A stretch of 64,000 bases of DNA from an uncultured Gammaproteobacteria bacterium (GCA_963789365.1 CAWBKJ010000004.1:448005-512004); one strand, 5' to 3'. Shown: positions 52,559 to 62,563, numbered from the stretch's first letter. The notes: generated by a model from the sequence alone, not told the origin. Made by a program: numbers and translations.

Positions 52559-53457
52559 GCGCGGCACGCCCGAGATTGCGCCACGGCCGACTGCGCGTCG
52601 TGCAGTGCGCTGCGTATCCGCGGCTGCGCGGCTGCGCTGAGCCAGGTCAGCGGCAAGCGAATTCCCGGGTTGATCAACTTCATATCGACTAGCGCCCATT
52701 TGACAGGTATTGGATTCGTTTCCAGCGACAAATCGCGGTGCAGCGATGCCAGCGGCGCGTCGAGGCGCCGGGCCCGTTCGCTCTCGCCGCGCAATGCCGC
52801 CGCCATCACCGCAGCGACCTCGGCCGGCAGGAGGTTCGCCGTAACCGAGATCACCCCGCGCGCGCCGGCCAGCACGGCCTCGCAGGCGGTCGCGTCATCG
52901 CCCGATAATATTGCGAACCCAGACGGAACCACATGCAGCAACTCCCGAATGCGGGCCACCTCACCCACCGCCTCTTTGAGGCCGGCAATGCCCCGAAGTT
53001 CGGCCAGCCTGGCGACCGTGGCGGGCAGCAAGTCGACCGCCGTGCGGCCCGGAACGTTATACAGCAACACCGGCGCCGCAGCGGCCTCGGCTATCGCGGC
53101 ATAATGGCGAAATAGACCCTCTTGCGTGGGACGATTGTACGCAGGTGTCGCGACCAGCAGGCCGTCGATCCCAGCGACCGCCAGGCGCCGCACTCGGCGC
53201 ACTACCGCTGCGGTGCTGCTACCACCCACCCCGGCGATCACTGCCATGCGTCCGGAACAGCGCCGCTGGGCATGGGCCAGTAGCACGTCCTGTTCCTCGT
53301 CGGTCAAGGTCACCGACTCGCCCGTGCTGCCGCCCACCACGACCGCCGCGGTACCGCTGCGCAGGTGCAGATCAAGCAGCCGTTGCCAGGCGTCAAGGTC
53401 GATTGCGCCGTCATCAAGCATGGGCGTGACCAGCGCAACCAGACTGCCTGAAAACAT
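52555..53457 (-). CDS. dapA: 4-hydroxy-tetrahydrodipicolinate synthase
   Basis: MFSGSLVALVTPMLDDGAIDLDAW...VVVGGSTGES aligns with E. coli DapA (MFTGSIVAIVTPMDEKG...VGTTGES). The ORF extension to 53487 is not homologous. Confidence 0.95.
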   Translation of the reverse strand: MFSGSLVALVTPMLDDGAIDLDAWQRLLDLHLRSGTAAVVVGGSTGESVTLTDEEQDVLLAHAQRRCSGRMAVIAGVGGSSTAAVVRRVRRLAVAGIDGLLVATPAYNRPTQEGLFRHYAAIAEAAAAPVLLYNVPGRTAVDLLPATVARLAELRGIAGLKEAVGEVARIRELLHVVPSGFAILSGDDATACEAVLAGARGVISVTANLLPAEVAAVMAAALRGESERARRLDAPLASLHRDLSLETNPIPVKWALVDMKLINPGIRLPLTWLSAAAQPRIRSALHDAQSAVAQSRACRA

Positions 53458-53565
53458 GAATTCCCGTACGGTGGACTGCCGCGGCACGATTGCCGCGGCG
53501 GGGGCGCGATGTTACGCATCCACCGTGACCTGAAGCAAGTCCCGGAAACCGGTACACTCCGAGCC

Positions 53566-54117
53566 GTGAACGAACAGATCTCCCCGGGTAAGCAGCATCT
53601 TGCCGTGTCCGCCATTGGCAGTGACCGCACTGGAATGGTCCATGAATTCACGCGTGTGATCACCGATTGCGGCGGCAATATTGCCGAGAGCCGCATGGCT
53701 GCGCTGGGAAGTGAATTCGCCATGCTGCTGCTGGTCACCGGCAACTGGCACACGCTGGCCCGCATCGAGTCGGAACTCGGCCGCCTGGCGGACGCCGGGA
53801 CTTTGAGCGTGCACCTGCGTCGCACCGAGGCGCGCGCCAGCCGCAAGGAAATGGTCCCCTACTCCATCGATATTGTCAGCATCGATCAGACCGGCATCGT
53901 CGCCGGCCTGTCCGGTTTCTTCGCGACGCGCAACATCGACATTTGCGAAGTGGCCACGCGAGGCTACGCCGCGGCTCATACCGGCGCACAAATGTTCGCG
54001 GTGCAGATGACAATCAACGTCCCGGCGCGACACCACGTGGCCCAGTTGCGCGAGGAATTTATGGACTACTGCGACACGATGAATCTCGACGCGATCCTCG
54101 AGCCGGTCAAGTCATGA
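53566..54117 (+). CDS. gcvR: glycine cleavage system transcriptional repressor GcvR (tandem ACT)
   Basis: QHLAVSAIGSDRTGMVHEFTRVITDCGGNIAESRMAALGSEFAMLLLVTGNW parallels E. coli GcvR. It has the same dapA / gcvR-bcp synteny as E. coli. The ORF could start at 53509. Confidence 0.88.
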   Translation: MNEQISPGKQHLAVSAIGSDRTGMVHEFTRVITDCGGNIAESRMAALGSEFAMLLLVTGNWHTLARIESELGRLADAGTLSVHLRRTEARASRKEMVPYSIDIVSIDQTGIVAGLSGFFATRNIDICEVATRGYAAAHTGAQMFAVQMTINVPARHHVAQLREEFMDYCDTMNLDAILEPVKS

Positions 54118-54581
54118 GCGGGGTCACGGTCGGCAAGGCCGTCGCGGATTTCTCGCTACCCTCGACCGCCGGCCAGGACTTCAATCTGCGCGCCGCACGC
54201 GGCAAGCCGCTGGTGCTGTACTTCTACCCGCGCGACAATACGCCGGGCTGTACGCTCGAAGCCCAGGACTTCCAGCGCTTGTTGCCCTCATTCCGCCGCG
54301 CCGGAGTTCGCGTGTGCGGCATCTCGCGCGACAGCCTGGCGGCGCACCACAAATTTTGCAGCCAATTTGACCTGGGCTTCGAATTGCTGGTCGATGAGCA
54401 AGGCGAAGCCTGCAAACTATTTGACGTGATCCACGAAAAAAACATGTACGGCCGCAAAGTGCTGGGCATCGTGCGTAGCACCTTTCTGATCGATGCGGCC
54501 GGGAAATTGCGCCACGAGTGGCGCAAGGTCAAGGTGCCAGGACACGCGGCCGAGGTGCTGGAGGCGGCCAAAGCCCTGTGA
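54114..54581 (+). CDS. bcp: thiol peroxidase Bcp (peroxiredoxin Q)
   Basis: GKPLVLYFYPRDNTPGCTLEA carries the peroxidatic Cys motif. Its ATGA overlaps the gcvR stop. Confidence 0.93.
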   Translation: MSGVTVGKAVADFSLPSTAGQDFNLRAARGKPLVLYFYPRDNTPGCTLEAQDFQRLLPSFRRAGVRVCGISRDSLAAHHKFCSQFDLGFELLVDEQGEACKLFDVIHEKNMYGRKVLGIVRSTFLIDAAGKLRHEWRKVKVPGHAAEVLEAAKAL

Positions 54582-55984
54582 AGACACGCGCCAGACGGCT
54601 GTTCGTGCTGGACACCAACGTGCTGATGCACGATCCGACTGCAATCTTCCGCTTCGAAGAGCACGACATCTACCTGCCGATGGTGGTGCTCGAGGAGCTC
54701 GACGCCAACAAGAAGGGCATGTCGGAGGCTTCGCGCAACACCCGCCAGGCCAGCCGCTTCCTCGATGACATGATCCGCGGCGTGACCAAAGAGCAGATCG
54801 ATGCGGGGCTGCCGATTCCCAGCGCTCGTACCGACAATCACGGCAGGCCCCCGGCGGCCGGCCGACTGTTCTTTCAAACCCGTGACCTCGGCAGCGGCCT
54901 GCCTGAGCATTTGCCCGGACTCGGTGTGGACAACCTGATTCTGGGCCAGACGCTCGCGCTGCAGAAACAACTGGCACCGGCGCGAGTGGTGCTGGTCTCC
55001 AAGGATATCAATCTGCGTATCAAGGCGGCCGTGGTCGGCGTGCATGCCGAGGATTATTACAGCGATAAGACCATCGAGGATGCCGATGTCCTGTATACCG
55101 GTACCGCCCGGCTGCCCGCCGATTTCTGGGAGCAGCATGGCCGCGACATGCGCTCCTGGAAAGCCGGCGACCGCACCTGCTATGAGCTCAGTGGCCCCGC
55201 AGTGGCCAACTGGCACGTCAATGAGTTCGTGTACGAAGACAGCGCGGCGGGGATCGAGGCCATGGTGCGCAAGCTCGGTCAGGGCACGGCCACGCTCGAA
55301 TTGGTGCGTGATTTTCGCTCCGACCGACACAGCGTGTGGGGCATCACGGCGCGCAATCGGGAACAGAATTTTGCCCTCAACCTGCTGCTCGATCCAGAAA
55401 TCGACTGCGTGACCATCCTCGGCCCCGCCGGTACCGGCAAGACCTTACTGGCTCTGGCCGCTGGGCTGGTGCAGACGCTGGAACGCAACCGCTACGCGGA
55501 AATCATCATGACGCGCGTGACCATACCGCTGGGCGAAGACATCGGCTTCCTTCCTGGCACCGAGGAAGAGAAGATGGAGCCTTGGATGGGAGCGCTGATG
55601 GACAATCTCGAGGTCCTGACGCGTAGTGAAGAAGGCGGCAACTGGGGTCGGGCGGCCACCAACGACTTGTTGCGCAACCGCATCAAGATTCGCGCGATGA
55701 ACTACATGCGCGGACGTACCTTTTTGAACCGCTACATCATTCTCGATGAAGCACAGAATCTTACACCCAAGCAAATGAAGGCGCTGATTACCCGCGCCGG
55801 GCCGGGCAGCAAACTGATTGCGCTCGGCAACATTGCGCAGATCGATACCCCTTATTTGACCGAGACCACTTCCGGCCTCACTTTCGTAGTCAACCGCTTC
55901 CGCGGCTGGCTGCACTCGGGTCACATCACGCTGGTGCGCGGAGAACGCTCACGGCTGGCTGATTTCGCCTCCGAGCAGCTGTAA
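54578..55984 (+). CDS. PIN-domain / PhoH-like ATPase (YlaK family)
   Basis: A GTG start overlaps the bcp stop (GTGA). PIN N-terminus is LFVLDTNVLMHDPTAIF...VVLEELD. The PhoH module has Walker A GPAGTGKT and ILDEAQN. Confidence 0.88.
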   Translation: MKTRARRLFVLDTNVLMHDPTAIFRFEEHDIYLPMVVLEELDANKKGMSEASRNTRQASRFLDDMIRGVTKEQIDAGLPIPSARTDNHGRPPAAGRLFFQTRDLGSGLPEHLPGLGVDNLILGQTLALQKQLAPARVVLVSKDINLRIKAAVVGVHAEDYYSDKTIEDADVLYTGTARLPADFWEQHGRDMRSWKAGDRTCYELSGPAVANWHVNEFVYEDSAAGIEAMVRKLGQGTATLELVRDFRSDRHSVWGITARNREQNFALNLLLDPEIDCVTILGPAGTGKTLLALAAGLVQTLERNRYAEIIMTRVTIPLGEDIGFLPGTEEEKMEPWMGALMDNLEVLTRSEEGGNWGRAATNDLLRNRIKIRAMNYMRGRTFLNRYIILDEAQNLTPKQMKALITRAGPGSKLIALGNIAQIDTPYLTETTSGLTFVVNRFRGWLHSGHITLVRGERSRLADFASEQL

Positions 55985-55994
55985 GGAACCTCCG

Positions 55995-57524
55995 TTGTCC
56001 GCACAAGTCGAAACGACGATGTGGACCCGCAACAAAAGCCGCTCGCCGCTGGCGGGAGCCCTGATCAGCCTGCTCGCGGGCTTGTGGCTGGCACTCGCCG
56101 CATACGCCGACGAGGACACGAATTCCGTTGCCAGCCAGTTGCCGGACATGGGCTCGCCGGAGAATGCGGTTCTAAGCAAGACCGACGAGTTTCAGATTGG
56201 ACTGATGGCGATGCATCAGCTGCGCGGCCAGGGACTGATCCTCGAAGACCCGGAACTGTCCGACTATATCCAGAATCTGGGATCCCGGCTGGCCTCGCAG
56301 GCTCGCGACGACGACCAGAATTTTCAGTATTTCATTCTCCGTTCTGACGAGATCAATGCCTTCGCCACCTATGGCGGATTTATTTGCATTAATTCCGGGC
56401 TGATATTGCTCACCGATACCGAGTCCGACCTGGCGGCGGTGATGGGTCACGAAACCGCGCACGTGCGCCAGCGCCACATCGCGCGCTCGATTCTGGCGCA
56501 AAGCCGCATGTCGCTGGGCACCACGGCGGCGATGCTGGCCGCAGTGCTGATCGGTGCGGCCAGCGGCGCTGGTGGAGCGGCGATGGAAGGCGCGATCGCG
56601 ATGAGCCAGGCCGTTTCCTTGCAGCAGAGCATGAATTTCAGCCGCGCCGAAGAGGCCGAGGCCGATCGCATTGGCATCGGCCTGGTGGCGGGAGCGGGCT
56701 TCGATGCCTCGGCGATGGCGAATTTCTTCGAAACCATGGCGCGCCGCCAGGGCGATCCCGAAACCCCGGGACCGCTCGACATGCTCCGCAACCACCCGGT
56801 CAACCGCGATCGCATCGCCGAAGCGCGCGCGCGGGCCAGTCAGTACGCGAAGAACCACGTCAGCGAATCCATACTGTACTCCTGGATGAAAGAACGCCTG
56901 CGCGTGCTGGTTGCACCCGTCGACAAGGACATGATGGTCCATTACGCCCAGTTGCGGGAGCACCGGCCGCTGAGCGATGCGGAACGATATGGCGAGGCGC
57001 TTGCCCAGACCCGAGGGGGGCAGACTTCAGCGGCGGTCGAGACGTTGCGGGCACTGCTGGAGAAATACCCGCAAATCACCGCGCTGTACACCGCCCTGGG
57101 CCAGGCATTGCAGGCCGACCATCAATCGGCCGCGGCGCTGGCGAACTTTGAACATGCCACGGCACTGTTTCCACGCAACGTGCCGGTGGCGATCCGCTAC
57201 GCCGACACTTTGATGCAGACAGGGCACGCGCGCCAGGCGCACCTGCTGCTGCTCGATGTGTTCAATAATACGCAGCCCACCCCGGAACAGATCCGTTTGA
57301 CGGCCCTGGCCGCAAGCGCCGCCGGAGACACGGGGGATGCCTCCTACTACATGGCCGAATATCACATCAGCAACGGCGATCTGCCGCTCGCCAATCAGCA
57401 ACTGGAACTTGCCCTAGCCTCGCCCAATCTCACCTCAGTGCAAAGGCAGCGATTCCGCGCCCGGCTAGACGAGATCCGTGAGTGGATGCGCGAACAACGC
57501 GAGTCACACGACACCGGCCAGTGA
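55995..57524 (+). CDS. bepA: beta-barrel assembly-enhancing protease BepA (M48 + TPR)
   Basis: Signal peptide, HETAHVRQRH zinc motif, and C-terminal TPR repeats. The TTG start has an AGGA RBS 7 nt upstream; an alternative ATG is at 56019. Confidence 0.85.
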   Translation: MSAQVETTMWTRNKSRSPLAGALISLLAGLWLALAAYADEDTNSVASQLPDMGSPENAVLSKTDEFQIGLMAMHQLRGQGLILEDPELSDYIQNLGSRLASQARDDDQNFQYFILRSDEINAFATYGGFICINSGLILLTDTESDLAAVMGHETAHVRQRHIARSILAQSRMSLGTTAAMLAAVLIGAASGAGGAAMEGAIAMSQAVSLQQSMNFSRAEEAEADRIGIGLVAGAGFDASAMANFFETMARRQGDPETPGPLDMLRNHPVNRDRIAEARARASQYAKNHVSESILYSWMKERLRVLVAPVDKDMMVHYAQLREHRPLSDAERYGEALAQTRGGQTSAAVETLRALLEKYPQITALYTALGQALQADHQSAAALANFEHATALFPRNVPVAIRYADTLMQTGHARQAHLLLLDVFNNTQPTPEQIRLTALAASAAGDTGDASYYMAEYHISNGDLPLANQQLELALASPNLTSVQRQRFRARLDEIREWMREQRESHDTGQ

Positions 57525-57541
57525 AAATGTAGAATGGGCGC

Positions 57542-58297
57542 ATGAGGACCGGAGCGATAACCGCGGCCACGGCCGCGTTTTTTTTGTTGGCAGGCTGTGC
57601 GACCGTTCCCGGCAGCAAGGCCGACCCGCGCGATCCGTTTGAACGGGTCAATCGTAGTATCTACAACTTCAATAGCGCGGCCGATCACGCGATATTCCGG
57701 CCCGCATCTCGGGCCTGGAAGGCCACCGTGCCGCGACCGGTGCGCCATGGATTGAGCAATTTCGTCAGCAATCTGTCTTATACAGGAACGGTCATCAACG
57801 ATTTGCTGCAAGGCAAATTCACGCAGGGCGGACACGATTTTACCCGGCTGCTGATCAACACCGTGTTCGGCTTTGGGTTCTTCGATCCAGCATCGGCGGC
57901 GGGCCTGGAGCGCCACGACGAGGACTTTGGCCAGACCCTGGGCAAATGGGGCGTCCCGGCGGGCCCCTACGTGATGCTGCCGATTTTCGGTCCCTCGAGC
58001 GTGCGTGACGCCCCGGCGCGGATCGCCGATGACTACACCAGTGCGCGCCACTACATCTCCGAACCGTACGTGAACTGGGGTCTTTGGGGCATCGAAAAAC
58101 TTGAGACACGCGCCAGTCTGTTGGATCTGGACGCGGCGCTCAATCGAACTTTTGACCCGTATGCCTTCATTCGCAATGCGTGGATCCAGCGACGCGAGTA
58201 CCTGGTGCACGACGGTGCGCAGGCTGAGGACAGCCCCGGCGCGGACACGGACGCAGACCCGGAGGCCGACAGCCCCAGTGCACCGCCCGGCAATTAG
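57542..58297 (+). CDS. mlaA: phospholipid-binding lipoprotein MlaA (VacJ)
   Basis: Lipobox LLAGC, DPFERVNRSIYNFN, and INTVFGFGFFDPAS...EDFGQTLGKWGVPAGPYVMLP. Confidence 0.92.
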   Translation: MRTGAITAATAAFFLLAGCATVPGSKADPRDPFERVNRSIYNFNSAADHAIFRPASRAWKATVPRPVRHGLSNFVSNLSYTGTVINDLLQGKFTQGGHDFTRLLINTVFGFGFFDPASAAGLERHDEDFGQTLGKWGVPAGPYVMLPIFGPSSVRDAPARIADDYTSARHYISEPYVNWGLWGIEKLETRASLLDLDAALNRTFDPYAFIRNAWIQRREYLVHDGAQAEDSPGADTDADPEADSPSAPPGN

Positions 58298-58306
58298 ATT
58301 TTGGCC

Positions 58307-58663
58307 TTAGGGCGAGCTTCCCGTCCCGAGCAAAAGATCTTCCACATCGCTGAGGCGTGCGAGCGCCAGCAGGGCCGCCGGAAGAGCGGCGAACTTCAGC
58401 GCACGATGCGCCGCTCGAGCCCAGGCCAGCCAGTCCACCAGCAGCGCCAGGGCGCCGCTGTCGGCGCGCCCTACTCCGCTCAGGTCCACCTCGATGTCTC
58501 CCGCTGCGCGTGCAAACGCACGCAAGCCGGCGCTGCGCAGGCCAGTCACCGTGCTCAGGGTCACCTCTCCCTCCAGACGGAAGCGTCCTCCGCCACTATC
58601 GCGCAGCGCTCCTTCCGACCGGGCGCCACCCCGCGTCGCTTCCGGAGGGGCGGCCGAGGTCAT
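58307..58663 (-). CDS. mlaB: STAS-domain protein MlaB
   Basis: 118 aa with STAS-like VDLSGVGRADSGALALLVDWL. It is the last gene of the mlaFEDCB row. Confidence 0.8.
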   Translation of the reverse strand: MTSAAPPEATRGGARSEGALRDSGGGRFRLEGEVTLSTVTGLRSAGLRAFARAAGDIEVDLSGVGRADSGALALLVDWLAWARAAHRALKFAALPAALLALARLSDVEDLLLGTGSSP

Positions 58664-59376
58664 GTTGCGCCCTTCTGCTTTTCGAGCCGCTCAATCAGAG
58701 CATCCAACCCCTTTTGGTCGATCTCGGCCCCGAAATCGTCGCGAAAGCTCTTCACGTAACTGATGCCCTCGATGGTCACATCCCAGGCCATCCAGCCCTT
58801 GTCGGTGCGATGCAGGCTGTAATTGACCGCCACGGTGCTGCCATCATCCTTGCGGACCAGAGTGCGCACGGTGGCATTGGTGGCGCCCGGCTCGCCCTTG
58901 TAGGGAAAGACCTTGAGCCGATCGCCGGTAAATTCGAGCAACGCCGTGCCGTAATTATTGAGCAGCGACCGGTAAAAGCCCGAGATGAAGCGTTGCCGCT
59001 GGTCGGGGCTCGCCGTATTCCAGTGCTTGCCGAGCACCAGGCGAGCCGAGTAATCGGTGTCGAAGTGCGGCAATAGCACCCGATCGACCAGGGCGTTGAT
59101 CTTGCTCGGGTCCTTGCGATACTCGGCGCGATGGGCGTCCAGATCGCTAAGCATCGCTTTTGCCGCGGTGTCGATGAGCTCGCCCGGATCCGTGTCCACG
59201 ACCTGTACCGGGGCTGCGGGAGGCGCCGCTGCGGCGGCCTGCTCCGACGCATCGACGGGTCGAAATCCACCAGCCGCCAGCAGCAGTGCCAGCGATACGG
59301 CCGCGGTGCCGGCCGCGCTCAGTCCTCGGCCTAGCTCGCGGCGATCATTTCTTGGCATTGTCGTCGCTCTTGGCAT
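58660..59376 (-). CDS. mlaC: phospholipid-binding periplasmic protein MlaC (Ttg2D family)
   Basis: Signal peptide, then LVDRVLLPHFDTDYSARLVLGKHW...QRQRFISGFYRSLLNNYG, typical of MlaC. The start may be internal at 59358. Confidence 0.88.
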   Translation of the reverse strand: MPRATTMPRNDRRELGRGLSAAGTAAVSLALLLAAGGFRPVDASEQAAAAAPPAAPVQVVDTDPGELIDTAAKAMLSDLDAHRAEYRKDPSKINALVDRVLLPHFDTDYSARLVLGKHWNTASPDQRQRFISGFYRSLLNNYGTALLEFTGDRLKVFPYKGEPGATNATVRTLVRKDDGSTVAVNYSLHRTDKGWMAWDVTIEGISYVKSFRDDFGAEIDQKGLDALIERLEKQKGAT

Positions 59377-59881
59377 TGTCGTCCTTCTTGCTCTGATCGT
59401 CCTTTTTCCCGGCTACGCTCGCAAAGAATTTGTTGACCAGGTTTTCCAGCACCAGGGCGGATTGGGTAAATTGTATTTGCTTGCCGCTGGCCAGGTAGGT
59501 ACTCGATCCGCCGGGCCCTAGGCCCACATATTTCGCGCCCAGCAAGCCTGAGGTCTGGATGGACGCGTCGCTGTCATCCGGAATCTGGTTGTACTGTCGG
59601 TCAATGGCCATGGTCACCAGAGCCTTAAAGTCGGCTGGGTCGAAAGTCACGCCCGTAACCCGGCCCACGCGCACTCCGGCCATCGTGACGGGCGCGCCTA
59701 CCTTGAGGTCACCGACGTTATCAAAACGCGCGGTAACCTGAAAACTGTCCGTGGCGCGGCGCATCTGCATCCCGCTGGCGGGCAGCTGCGTGGTCAGAAA
59801 CGCCAGGGCGGCAAATCCCAGCATCACGAACAGGCCGGTGCCGATTTCCAGACTTCGACTCGTATTGCTCATTTTTGCCAA
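59345..59881 (-). CDS. mlaD: outer membrane lipid asymmetry protein MlaD (MCE domain)
   Basis: N-terminal TM (LEIGTGLFVMLGFAALAFL), MCE core (GDLKVGAPVTMAGVRVGRV), and a Lys/Asp-rich tail. Confidence 0.9.
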   Translation of the reverse strand: MAKMSNTSRSLEIGTGLFVMLGFAALAFLTTQLPASGMQMRRATDSFQVTARFDNVGDLKVGAPVTMAGVRVGRVTGVTFDPADFKALVTMAIDRQYNQIPDDSDASIQTSGLLGAKYVGLGPGGSSTYLASGKQIQFTQSALVLENLVNKFFASVAGKKDDQSKKDDNAKSDDNAKK

Positions 59882-59886
59882 GCTCC

Positions 59887-60651
59887 TCAGGAATTCAGAA
59901 ACGCCGCGGTCAGCAGATAGTCGAACAACAGCGTCAGTACGGCGGAACTGACTACCGTGCGTGTGGTCGCCAGGCCCACGCCCTCCGCCGTGGGCTCGGC
60001 GTGAAAGCCCTCGTAGACCGCCATCAAGCTGCAGGCAATGCCGAACACCACGCTCTTGACCAGGCCTTCCTTGATGTCGCGCATCTCCACCGCGCTTTGC
60101 ATCTGTGACCAGAAAGAACCGGACTCGACCCTCAGCAGGCCCACACCGATGAGCTGGGCGCCGTAGATTCCGATCACATCGAAGATCGCGGTCAGCATCG
60201 GCATCGCAATGATGCCGCCCAGGAATCTCGGCGCGACCACCCGCCGCACCGGATCCACGGCCATCATTTCCATGGCGGTGAGCTGATCGGTGGCGCGCAT
60301 CAGCCCAATCTCGGAAGTCAGCGAGGTTCCGGCACGACCGGCAAACAACAGCGCTGTGATGACCGGTCCCAATTCGCGCACCAGCCCGAGCGCCGCGGCG
60401 ACGCCCAACGCCGATTCGGAGCCAAACCGCTGCAGCAGATCGTAACCCTGCAGCCCCAGCACCATGCCTACAAACAATCCGCAGAGCATGATGATGATCA
60501 GCGAGCGTGCGCCCGCGTTATAGATCTGCGCGATCAACAGCCGCGGCTGGCCCAGCGAGGGCAGGCACTGCCCGAGTACCCGACCCAGAAAAAGCGCGAC
60601 ACGACCCGCCTTGGCGAGCACTGTGCCGAGCGGGCCGAGGCTGCCGCTCAT
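59887..60651 (-). CDS. mlaE: ABC transporter permease MlaE
   Basis: A multi-TM permease with LVRELGPVITALLFAGRAGTSLTSEIGLMRATDQL, the MlaE signature region. The start was chosen at MSGSLGPLG, adjacent to the mlaF stop. Confidence 0.9.
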   Translation of the reverse strand: MSGSLGPLGTVLAKAGRVALFLGRVLGQCLPSLGQPRLLIAQIYNAGARSLIIIMLCGLFVGMVLGLQGYDLLQRFGSESALGVAAALGLVRELGPVITALLFAGRAGTSLTSEIGLMRATDQLTAMEMMAVDPVRRVVAPRFLGGIIAMPMLTAIFDVIGIYGAQLIGVGLLRVESGSFWSQMQSAVEMRDIKEGLVKSVVFGIACSLMAVYEGFHAEPTAEGVGLATTRTVVSSAVLTLLFDYLLTAAFLNS

Positions 60652-60652
60652 T

Positions 60653-61468
60653 TTAGGGGTCCCCCAGCAGTTGCTCGCGATAGTCCGGGGCGGGCACGTG
60701 AAACGGCATGGGTCCATCCGGCAAGCCGCTCATGAACTGGCGGACCGCGGGCGCGGCCGTGGCACGGAGCTCGGCGGGACTTCCGGCCGCCGCGGCCTTG
60801 CCGCCCGCCAGCAAGTAGCTGCGGTGTGCGATACGGCTGATTTCCTCGACGTCGTGCGTCACCACGATACTGGTGATACCCAGGGTCGAATTTAATGTCT
60901 GAATGAGTCGCAAGATCACCCCGAGCGAGATCGGATCCAGGCCGACGAAGGGTTCGTCATAGATCAGCAGTTCCGGATCCATCACGATCGCCCGGGCAAG
61001 CGCCACACGCCGGGCCATGCCACCGGACAGGGCACTGACATCCAAATCCGCGGCGCCACGCAAGCCGACGGCCTGCAACTTCATGAGTACCAGCCGGCGC
61101 AGGAGCGGTTCAGGCAGCCGTGTGTGCACGCGCAGCGGAAAGGCGACGTTCTCGAACACGTCCAGATCGGTCATGAGCGCGCCGTTCTGAAACAGCATGC
61201 CGACGCGCTGGCGCAAGGCATACAGCGCAGCCCGGCCAAGTCGCGCCGGCTGCTCGCCAAACACGCTGATCGCGCCCGAATCGGGGCGCACCGCGCCCAT
61301 CAGCAGGCGCAGCAGCGTGGTCTTGCCCGTGCCACTGGGCCCCATCACGGCGGTAATCTCGCCGGGCCGAACCGTGAGGTTCAGGCCGTCAAAAATTACT
61401 CTACCGCCGATCGTGTAGCGCAGGTCGCGCACCTCGACCACGGAGTCCCCGTTGGTCGCCAGGTCCAT
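60653..61468 (-). CDS. mlaF: ABC transporter ATP-binding protein MlaF
   Basis: Walker A GPSGTGKTT, signature LSGGMARRVALARA, Walker B LLIYDEP. The start at MDLATNGDSVVEVRDL was chosen by homology; the upstream ORF extension to 61807 overlaps fba. Confidence 0.92.
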   Translation of the reverse strand: MDLATNGDSVVEVRDLRYTIGGRVIFDGLNLTVRPGEITAVMGPSGTGKTTLLRLLMGAVRPDSGAISVFGEQPARLGRAALYALRQRVGMLFQNGALMTDLDVFENVAFPLRVHTRLPEPLLRRLVLMKLQAVGLRGAADLDVSALSGGMARRVALARAIVMDPELLIYDEPFVGLDPISLGVILRLIQTLNSTLGITSIVVTHDVEEISRIAHRSYLLAGGKAAAAGSPAELRATAAPAVRQFMSGLPDGPMPFHVPAPDYREQLLGDP

Positions 61469-62490
61469 CAGGCAGCCTGGGTATCCATCCCGGGCTTGAA
61501 TCGACCACTCCGGGCCAGACTGTTCAGTCGTGCCCAACGACCGAATTCCCTTTGCCCGGCGGCGACCCCCGCGGCTTTGCCTCCCCAAGCGCTGAGGGCC
61601 GCATCCTGAAGGGCCCGTCCGTAGCTGAAACTGAGTTGCCAGGGAAGCTTGCCGATGGCGTTCATCAATGAAAGATGCAGCGTCGCCTCGGCTGGGGATT
61701 GGCCGCCCGACAGAAAGGCAATGCCCGGCACGGCGCCGGGCACATGGCGCTTCAGGCAGCGCACCGTGGCCACGGCGACCTGCTCCGGAGTTGCACGTTG
61801 TGCGCATTTCTTGCCCGCGATCACCATGTTGGGCTTGAGGACCATGCCCTCGAGGTGGATGCGGTGGCCGGCAAGCTGATGGAACACCTCCGTCAGCACG
61901 GCATCGGTTACTTCTTCACAACGCTCGATGGTGTGGTCTCCATCCATCAGCACCTCGGGTTCGACGATTGGCACGATCTTTTGTTCCTGGCAGAGCGCGG
62001 CGTAGCGGGCCAGAGCCTGGGCATTGGCGTGGATCGCATAAGCGCTGGGTATCCCGGGTCCGATGTCAATGACCGCCCGCCACTTGGCGAAGCGAGCACC
62101 GAGCTGGTAGTACTCCACCAGGCGCTCGCGCAGGCCGTCCAGACCCTCGGTAATGGTTTCGCCAGGAAACGCCGCCATGGGTTTGGCGCCGGTGTCGACC
62201 TTGATTCCGGGCACGATCCCCTGCTGCGTCAGGTATTCCGGAAACGGCACCCCCTGGCTGGTCTTCTGGCGCAGGGTCTCATCGTAAAAAATGACCCCGC
62301 TGATCGCCTTGGCGACTCCCGGAGTCGTCAGGAGCAAGTCCCGGTAGGCCCGACGCGATTCGGCCGTCGATTCCAGGCCAATCTTGTCAAATCGCTTCTT
62401 TATGGTTCCCGTGCTCTCATCGGCCGCCAAAATGCCCTTGTCTGGGGCCACCATAGCCGCCGCCACGCCTTCCAGATCTGCCCACGCCAT
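61468..62490 (-). CDS. fba: class I fructose-bisphosphate aldolase
   Basis: 340 aa with GILAADESTGTIKKRF, VPGIKVDTG, and IVPIVEPEVL...LEGMVLKPNM (Schiff-base Lys region). Confidence 0.93.
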   Translation of the reverse strand: MAWADLEGVAAAMVAPDKGILAADESTGTIKKRFDKIGLESTAESRRAYRDLLLTTPGVAKAISGVIFYDETLRQKTSQGVPFPEYLTQQGIVPGIKVDTGAKPMAAFPGETITEGLDGLRERLVEYYQLGARFAKWRAVIDIGPGIPSAYAIHANAQALARYAALCQEQKIVPIVEPEVLMDGDHTIERCEEVTDAVLTEVFHQLAGHRIHLEGMVLKPNMVIAGKKCAQRATPEQVAVATVRCLKRHVPGAVPGIAFLSGGQSPAEATLHLSLMNAIGKLPWQLSFSYGRALQDAALSAWGGKAAGVAAGQREFGRWARLNSLARSGRFKPGMDTQAA

Positions 62491-62563
62491 GTGCCTACCT
62501 CCAAATACAGGGCGGCCAGCATAGCAAACGCAGGCCCCCCGCTCTTTAAGTGAAACGCATATA

